From IMG/VR virus record IMGVR_UViG_3300033120_000816: 21,164 nucleotides of DNA. The stretch is one strand, 5' to 3'. This DNA comes from a virus. Taxonomy: Duplodnaviria; Heunggongvirae; Uroviricota; Caudoviricetes. The notes below the pieces were generated by a model that worked only from the letters and a program-made list of their open reading frames with translations, did no database searches and was not told the origin of the DNA. The translations under genes were made by a program, and so were the position numbers. Below, piece after piece: positions 16,547 through 21,164 of this stretch. Position 1 is the stretch's first letter. Every line of letters begins with the position of its first letter.

Positions 16547-17356
16547 ATGATTAGCGAAGTTTTTAACATGGATTGCGTAGCGTACATGCAGACATTGCCC
16601 GATATTTTTTTTGATTTGGCTATTGTAGACCCTCCGTATGGAATTGGTGAGTCGTCAAAAAACCACACTAGCAGGAATACTCCAATTACTCAGAAGAACG
16701 GGGTATTGATGAAAGCTCCCAAGACCAACTATAAGAAAAAAGATTGGGACAAAAAGCCGCCTGAGCCTGTTTATTTTCAGGAACTAAAAAGAGTAAGTAA
16801 GCGCTGGTTTGTATTTGGAGCTAACTACTATCCTGAAATATGTGGCACTCCATTTAAAGCACCTAAGAGAGAGGATTATGATAAGTTTATTTCTGAACAC
16901 CCTAAAGGATGGATTATCTGGGATAAGGTAAACGGAGGCAATGATTTTAACGACTGCGAGCCGGTATATACTAACATGGATATAGATAGTTACGTGTTGC
17001 CTTACATGTGGAACGGCATGATGCAGGGCAAGTCAATACATGAACCCTACACCATGCAGGGAAATAAAAAGCTGAATGAGAATAGAATACACCCAACGCA
17101 GAAGCCAGTTGTATTGTATAGGGCGCTTATTCAAAAATACGCACAGCCGGGTTGGAAGATATTTGATAGCCACATGGGTAGCCAATCCAGCCGAATAGCA
17201 GCGTATCACATGGGATTTGATTATTGGGGTTGTGAACTTGACGAAGAGTACTTTAATAACGGTAATAAACGTTTTATACGTGAAACAATGCAACAGTCAC
17301 TATTTACACCAACTATTGCCAAAAAGGAAACAGTTCAACAAAATTTATTCCAATAA
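16547..17356 (+). CDS. Orphan DNA methyltransferase (N6-A/N4-C, beta class)
   Basis: Catalytic DPPYG near the N-terminus, HPTQKP, SAM-binding FDSHMGS near the C-terminus. No restriction gene adjacent. Confidence 0.93.
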   Translation: MISEVFNMDCVAYMQTLPDIFFDLAIVDPPYGIGESSKNHTSRNTPITQKNGVLMKAPKTNYKKKDWDKKPPEPVYFQELKRVSKRWFVFGANYYPEICGTPFKAPKREDYDKFISEHPKGWIIWDKVNGGNDFNDCEPVYTNMDIDSYVLPYMWNGMMQGKSIHEPYTMQGNKKLNENRIHPTQKPVVLYRALIQKYAQPGWKIFDSHMGSQSSRIAAYHMGFDYWGCELDEEYFNNGNKRFIRETMQQSLFTPTIAKKETVQQNLFQ

Positions 17357-17360
17357 CACC

Positions 17361-17390
17361 TTGCATGTGTAAATAAAAACACTACCTTTG
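17361..17390 (+). promoter_or_regulatory. Bacteroidetes promoter
   Basis: TTG (17361-17363), 19 bp spacer, TACCTTTG (17383-17390); ATG at 17407. Confidence 0.75.
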
Positions 17391-17406
17391 TAAATACACA
17401 ATAGAC

Positions 17407-17646
17407 ATGCCTACAAAATGTAAAAGGTCAGGGAAGGAGCGGCACCACACGGAAGATGATGCTCAGGAAAGGTTAAGTGTTTTGTCAAAAACAAACCGTT
17501 CACGAAAGCCAGTAAGGTACTATCACTGTGAATATTGTAATGGGTATCATCTTACAAGCAAAGTGATGGTAATAAAACAAGGAGATATCCCACACCCAGA
17601 GCTGTTTGAGAAGTATTTGATTAAGAATGAAGAAATAGGAGACTAG
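17407..17646 (+). CDS. Small Cys/His (zinc-finger-like) phage protein
   Basis: C..GK....A....R.Y.C.YC.GYHLTS pattern recalled from phage proteins. Confidence 0.75.
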   Translation: MPTKCKRSGKERHHTEDDAQERLSVLSKTNRSRKPVRYYHCEYCNGYHLTSKVMVIKQGDIPHPELFEKYLIKNEEIGD

Positions 17647-17676
17647 ATTTTTTAACCCCCAATATAAAAATAGAGT

Positions 17677-17946
17677 ATGGAAATGAGTACACATATGGGC
17701 CTTAGTGTAGAAGGTGCATTAAATGCCATCAAAAACAGAAACAACAAATCCATGAGTTTTGCTCAGCACGACGATGGCAGAACTATGACAATAGGTGAGT
17801 TAAAAGACGTACTGAGGAAAGCCTTGAGAGAAGGTAAGAAAGTCCTGCCTACTGGTGAATGCGACAATTTTGACTACCAAAGAGGATGCAGAGGACACTA
17901 CACATGTATTACAAAAGACATAGACTTCGAAACAGGAAACGGCTAA
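17677..17946 (+). CDS. Hypothetical phage protein
   Basis: G.KVLP.G.CDNFDYQ.GC.GH motif recalled from phage hypothetical proteins. The start could be the second ATG. Confidence 0.7.
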   Translation: MEMSTHMGLSVEGALNAIKNRNNKSMSFAQHDDGRTMTIGELKDVLRKALREGKKVLPTGECDNFDYQRGCRGHYTCITKDIDFETGNG

Positions 17947-17986
17947 CAAAATTAATTACCCAACTAAAAAACAATTTAATAAAATA

Positions 17987-18358
17987 ATGGAACACACAAG
18001 AACCACTCCCGAACAATCGGTAATACTTAAAAAGATTGGGTATGATGTGCCCGATACGCATTACTGGAACGCACATTTAAATTTAGGTTTTATAAAAGAA
18101 GAGGGAGAGAATTGCAATTACAATAAAGATTATACATGGTACTATACCCGACCAAAATTAATAGATGTGTTGTTATGGCTACGTGAGGTTAAAGGATGGC
18201 ATGTTTATGCAGATAGCAGTAGGGAGTGGTGTACATGGTATCCCGTATGTGTTCCCAAAGGAGGCAGTTTTGATACGGGTACTGAGGGATTTAACACACA
18301 CGACCTTGCATTATCGGCAGGGGTTGATTTTATACTTAAAAAACTTGAAAAGATATGA
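17987..18358 (+). CDS. Hypothetical phage protein
   Basis: 123-aa ATG ORF after an A-rich leader; ATGA coupling to the next gene. Confidence 0.75.
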   Translation: MEHTRTTPEQSVILKKIGYDVPDTHYWNAHLNLGFIKEEGENCNYNKDYTWYYTRPKLIDVLLWLREVKGWHVYADSSREWCTWYPVCVPKGGSFDTGTEGFNTHDLALSAGVDFILKKLEKI

Positions 18359-18645
18359 CACCCACCCAACAAACTAAACTAGCCGAATTGCTAGTAGACA
18401 AACTAGCAGCGCACCACAATCAAACTCCCGACCCGACACTACCACCTAGTATTCGCCTGAACAACATTAAACAGAAGATGCCATTGGCTAAGGTGCTGTA
18501 TGATATGATGAGAGAGGCGTACACTAACGGTTGGCAAGATGGTTTTAGGAACGGCATATGCAGAGGTGATGGCAACTACAGCAAACCTAACCGAGCCGAA
18601 TATGCACTAGAAGATTTTGAACACTTTTTAAACAACATAAAATGA
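18355..18645 (+). CDS. Hypothetical protein
   Basis: 4-bp start/stop overlaps with both neighbours. Confidence 0.7.
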   Translation: MTPTQQTKLAELLVDKLAAHHNQTPDPTLPPSIRLNNIKQKMPLAKVLYDMMREAYTNGWQDGFRNGICRGDGNYSKPNRAEYALEDFEHFLNNIK

Positions 18646-18857
18646 AAGAATGTGCCTGCTGCCCTACTAAGCTAGTAAATACTAGAGAGAAGTACTGTTC
18701 TAATAAGTGTAGACGAGCTTACAAAAACGGATCTATTTTACTAGCCAACGGGACGAGGAGAAGAAGGTTTAACAACTTTAACTACACTCTAAAAGTAGCA
18801 TTGTCGGAAGCTATATCAAATGGTGATGAATTTGTTACGGTAAGATTTGACGACTAA
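18642..18857 (+). CDS. Small Cys-rich hypothetical protein
   Basis: C.CC......KYCSNKCR zinc-ribbon-like pattern; coupled start. Confidence 0.65.
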   Translation: MKECACCPTKLVNTREKYCSNKCRRAYKNGSILLANGTRRRRFNNFNYTLKVALSEAISNGDEFVTVRFDD

Positions 18858-18875
18858 ATAAACAAACATAAAACA

Positions 18876-19262
18876 ATGAAAAAGATCTACATCTCAGGAA
18901 GAATAAGTGGGCTTACAATAGAAGAATCCACAGCCAAGTTTGCAGAAGCAGAAAAGATGCTTAACGATAAGGGTTGGGAGTGTATCAACCCTATAACGCT
19001 GGTTCCGTTTGACCCAAAATTAGATTGGGTAGACTACATGGTAAAAGACATAGAAGCAATCCTGCGTGATTGTGATAGAGTCTACATGTTGGATAACTGG
19101 GGGCAGTCAAGAGGCGCACGGGTTGAGCGAGCAATAGCTATTGAGGAGGGTATGAAAGTGTATTATTTTGAAAAAGATGTGCCTTACAGAACAATACCCG
19201 GCAACAATGTCCCGCAACAGCTGTCCAAAACTGAGTTAGAAATAATTCATGAAAATATTTAG
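18876..19262 (+). CDS. DUF4406 family (nucleoside deoxyribosyltransferase-like fold)
   Basis: IYISG.ISGL....F..AE..L...G....NP...W.DYM..DI..L..CD..YML.NW..S.GA..E. Confidence 0.88.
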   Translation: MKKIYISGRISGLTIEESTAKFAEAEKMLNDKGWECINPITLVPFDPKLDWVDYMVKDIEAILRDCDRVYMLDNWGQSRGARVERAIAIEEGMKVYYFEKDVPYRTIPGNNVPQQLSKTELEIIHENI

Positions 19263-19282
19263 GTTATTCGGAAATGTTTATT

Positions 19283-19290
19283 TACATTTG
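19283..19290 (+). promoter_or_regulatory. Candidate -7 promoter box TACATTTG
   Basis: TAnnTTTG just after the DUF4406 stop and ahead of a structured leader; -33 weak. Confidence 0.55.
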
Positions 19291-19331
19291 CTAAAGAAAA
19301 TACAGTAGCCCCCAACTACTATTTATAACAC

Positions 19332-19395
19332 TAATCCTCATTGTAGAGTGCCCCGGCTTTGGGGAGCCAGCACTCTCTTTGGGGATTATTTTTTT
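19332..19395 (+). terminator. Long leader hairpin followed by T7 (terminator/attenuator-like)
   Basis: TAATCCTCA(19332-40)/TGGGGATTA(19380-88), AGAGTGC(19345-51)/GCACTCT(19370-76), inner GGCT/AGCC; seven Ts directly before ATG 19396. Confidence 0.6.
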
Positions 19396-19540
19396 ATGAA
19401 AACACAACTAAGAATATCCAAATCAGACCGAGAGAAGGTTCTTCATAAGTACGACTGCAGGTGTGGTTATTGCGGAAAGGAGTTGACATTAAAAAGCCTA
19501 CAGGGTACCGCACATAGTAACTGAAACAATAGAAATATAA
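19396..19540 (+). pseudogene. Truncated/frameshifted HNH endonuclease remnant
   Basis: MKTQLRISKSDREKVLHKYDCRCGYCGKELTLKSLQ is a typical HNH N-terminus (CxYC). It stops at 19524. Skipping one G near 19504 gives QVPHIV (compare QVDHI), then a stop at 19540. No second CxxC. Confidence 0.65.
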
Positions 19541-19603
19541 CACCAATCAAAACCATAAACCTAAGAGTTAACTCTATGGTTTTTAAACCAAAACATCTAA
19601 TTC

Positions 19604-19777
19604 ATGAAAAAACCATCAATAAAAAGACGGCATAGACAGCAAACATTAAGGTGGTTGCTGAAAAACAAAAACAATAAAATACGTAAAGTAGTATGTAAAG
19701 ATTTTTGCGTACAACGTATGCTGCGCCCGCTAGATAGGCATATACAATGGATGCGAGAAATAATTCCTGGTAAGTAA
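19604..19777 (+). CDS. Small basic hypothetical protein (57 aa; below track cut-off)
   Basis: MKKPSIKRRHRQQTLRWLLKNKNNKIRKVVCKDFCVQRMLRPLDRHIQWMREIIPGK*; fills the gap on the coding strand. Confidence 0.55.
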   Translation: MKKPSIKRRHRQQTLRWLLKNKNNKIRKVVCKDFCVQRMLRPLDRHIQWMREIIPGK

Positions 19778-19792
19778 ACAATCAAACAGAAA

Positions 19793-20230
19793 ATGGCAAC
19801 ACAATACAACTTTCAAAACAAGTCAATTAAATGCACTTCTTGGTGGCAGATGATACACCTTTCAGAAATAGCAAACGCCCACAAACTAAGAGATTGGTAT
19901 CTATGCGAAAGAGCCTTTCGAGGTGGGGCAATTTATTTTGTAGTGGATGGTGATGGGGATTATCTAAGTGCTAAATCGTCAGAAGGAGAGGTGGTGGATT
20001 ATGGCGATTTTATTGCCAACCCAGATGTGTTTAAGGAGGAGTTGCCGATAGAAATTGTAGAGGTCACTGGGTGCGATGGTTGTCCGATGTACACTAAAAT
20101 ATCACAGCACGATTACCAATATTGCAGCTATCCCGATAAGCAGAAATCTTGTCAAATGCATGTTGATATGTTTGCCACTTGCCCGCTAAAAACAAAATCA
20201 ATCACAATCAAAAACAAAACCATAGGGTGA
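19793..20230 (+). CDS. Hypothetical protein with C-terminal Cys cluster
   Basis: CDGCP...C..P...C....TCPL. The stop codon lies inside the right inverted repeat. Confidence 0.7.
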   Translation: MATQYNFQNKSIKCTSWWQMIHLSEIANAHKLRDWYLCERAFRGGAIYFVVDGDGDYLSAKSSEGEVVDYGDFIANPDVFKEELPIEIVEVTGCDGCPMYTKISQHDYQYCSYPDKQKSCQMHVDMFATCPLKTKSITIKNKTIG

Positions 20231-20322
20231 CCTCTTAGGTTTTATGTTTATGGTTCTTAGGTAAGAAATAATTTCACACCAGTATACGAGCAATCCTCGG
20301 ATACTTAAATCAAACAAATAAA

Positions 20323-20658
20323 ATGAGCAAGCAGAACTATTACATACTTATATCCTACAGAGGTAAGCAAAAGTATTTCCGTGTATCGGCGCACGAAGAA
20401 ACTATAAACGGCACCGACATAAGGTGCGAGTACATAGACTACAACCCCAAGAGGGAGTGGCCCGGCGTTTGGATTAAAAAAGGACTAGAGAAAAGCCCCA
20501 AGGTGTTTGCGAAAGGCTCTCCAGAGTATAAGTATTTTAGCTCTCTTGAAGCTAAATACAGGGAACTAAGCAAAGGGCTTTCGGGCACAGCAAATTATCT
20601 AAAAGCATACAAGGACGCTGTTAAACAAACGCCTAATCCGTTAAATATTAAGTTGTGA
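20323..20658 (+). CDS. Hypothetical protein
   Basis: 111-aa ATG ORF after an A-rich leader. Confidence 0.7.
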   Translation: MSKQNYYILISYRGKQKYFRVSAHEETINGTDIRCEYIDYNPKREWPGVWIKKGLEKSPKVFAKGSPEYKYFSSLEAKYRELSKGLSGTANYLKAYKDAVKQTPNPLNIKL

Positions 20659-20843
20659 AGATAAAAATCACAGTCAACAAGCGAAACGTCTCAAGAAAGA
20701 CATTCTGGCAGGCCGTAAAGAACCTAAACACAATAAAAAGGCTATACAGGGCTAAGAGCATACACATGCTATACAACATGCCTTGGGGTGGTAGAGAGGA
20801 GTGTAGCGAGTATAATATCTCTGGGGCAACAATAACTATTTAA
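20655..20843 (+). CDS. Small basic hypothetical protein
   Basis: GTG start overlapping the upstream stop (GTGA). Confidence 0.5.
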   Translation: MKIKITVNKRNVSRKTFWQAVKNLNTIKRLYRAKSIHMLYNMPWGGREECSEYNISGATITI

Positions 20844-20891
20844 TAATCTAATCAAACAAACACTGAGAAGTGTATAAATCATCTAGTAGCA

Positions 20892-20972
20892 ATGCAAAAA
20901 ACAAAATGGATAAAAACAACACAGACTGGCACTAGGAAAATCATATGGGTTCCTGTAGTTGTTAAAGATTAA
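20892..20972 (+). CDS. Possible 26-aa peptide
   Basis: MQKTKWIKTTQTGTRKIIWVPVVVKD*; on the coding strand, but very short. Confidence 0.3.
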   Translation: MQKTKWIKTTQTGTRKIIWVPVVVKD

Positions 20973-20987
20973 GATGGTTTATCTTTG
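20959..20987 (+). promoter_or_regulatory. Bacteroidetes promoter
   Basis: TTG (20959-61), 18 bp spacer, TATCTTTG (20980-87). Confidence 0.65.
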
Positions 20988-20990
20988 TTG

Positions 20991-21116
20991 TAGCAGCAGT
21001 TGCGGTGTTTATAAGCCAAACAAGAGGGTATAGCGCAGTTTAACTTGTTTGGGTAGAAAATCACCTCACTGCATGGTGTGTCAAGGTAAGACTCCGCAAC
21101 GCTGCTATACCCCCTC
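20991..21116 (+). ncRNA. Candidate multi-stem structured RNA
   Basis: P1 20991-21005/21094-21107 (14 bp, one bulge), P2 CCAAACAAG 21016-24/CTTGTTTGG 21044-52, P3 CACC/GGTG. The P2 loop GGGTATAGC is complementary to 21104-21112. Confidence 0.55.
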
Positions 21117-21164
21117 ACCCCAAAGAATTAACCCCCCCACCCACCAACCCCAATCAAACCCAAA

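Larger units (their letters stand above)
19549..20255. repeat. Imperfect inverted repeat pair (19549-19583 and 20216-20255)
   Basis: Reverse complement of the left copy AAAACCATAGAGTTAACTCTTAGGTTT vs right copy AAAACCATAGGGTGACCTCTTAGGTTT: 24/27 identical, continuing as ATGGTT after a 7-nt insertion in the right copy. Confidence 0.75.

Noticed and set aside
16547-17356. Restriction-modification or defence island
   Set aside because: No endonuclease partner nearby; orphan methyltransferases are routine in phage replication regions.
20281-20305. Small hairpin AGTAT-A-CGAG/CTCG-G-ATACT
   Set aside because: Short, with a mismatch and no U-tract; not distinguishable from background.
21024-21116. 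tRNA gene (GGGTATAGCGCAG resembles a tRNA 5' end)
   Set aside because: No TTCRA T-loop, anticodon arm or correctly spaced acceptor stem.
1-21164. Stop-codon reassignment as in some crAss-like phages
   Set aside because: Genes are long and intact under the standard code, and TAG and TGA both end plausible genes. The one TGA at 12661 followed by 13 sense codons is not enough evidence.

Overview
Segment of a Bacteroidetes (Bacteroidota) tailed phage genome, judged from TAnnTTTG/-33 TTTG promoters, A/C-rich leaders without Shine-Dalgarno sites, and a lipoprotein with a Bacteroidetes-type export signal. Two gene arms diverge from about 13040-13185. The left arm (minus strand) carries an SbcC-like ATPase, a DEDDh exonuclease, DUF6378- and DUF2528-like proteins, OB-fold-like proteins, a winged-helix protein, a HicB-like protein, Dps and a lipoprotein. 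It ends in a >1555-codon ORF resembling a crAss-type tail stabilisation (muzzle) protein; this ORF runs off the window and is missing from the ORF track. The right arm (plus strand) carries an HNH nuclease, a replication initiator, a DnaC-like loader, an orphan DNA methyltransferase, DUF4406 and small hypothetical genes. Main non-coding observations: (1) an exact chromosomal-type parS site (TGTTCCACGTGGAACA) inside a 30-bp perfect palindrome just upstream of the tail gene; (2) five dispersed ~39-bp nested-palindrome repeats across the rightward promoter, HNH gene and initiator gene (candidate iterons or operators); (3) a pair of ~35-bp inverted repeats flanking two ORFs just after a broken HNH gene; (4) two promoter-proximal structured RNA leaders with alternative pairings. 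Together these suggest a crAss-related phage that may persist as an episome using the host ParB. All family names come from recalled motifs; no database search was run.
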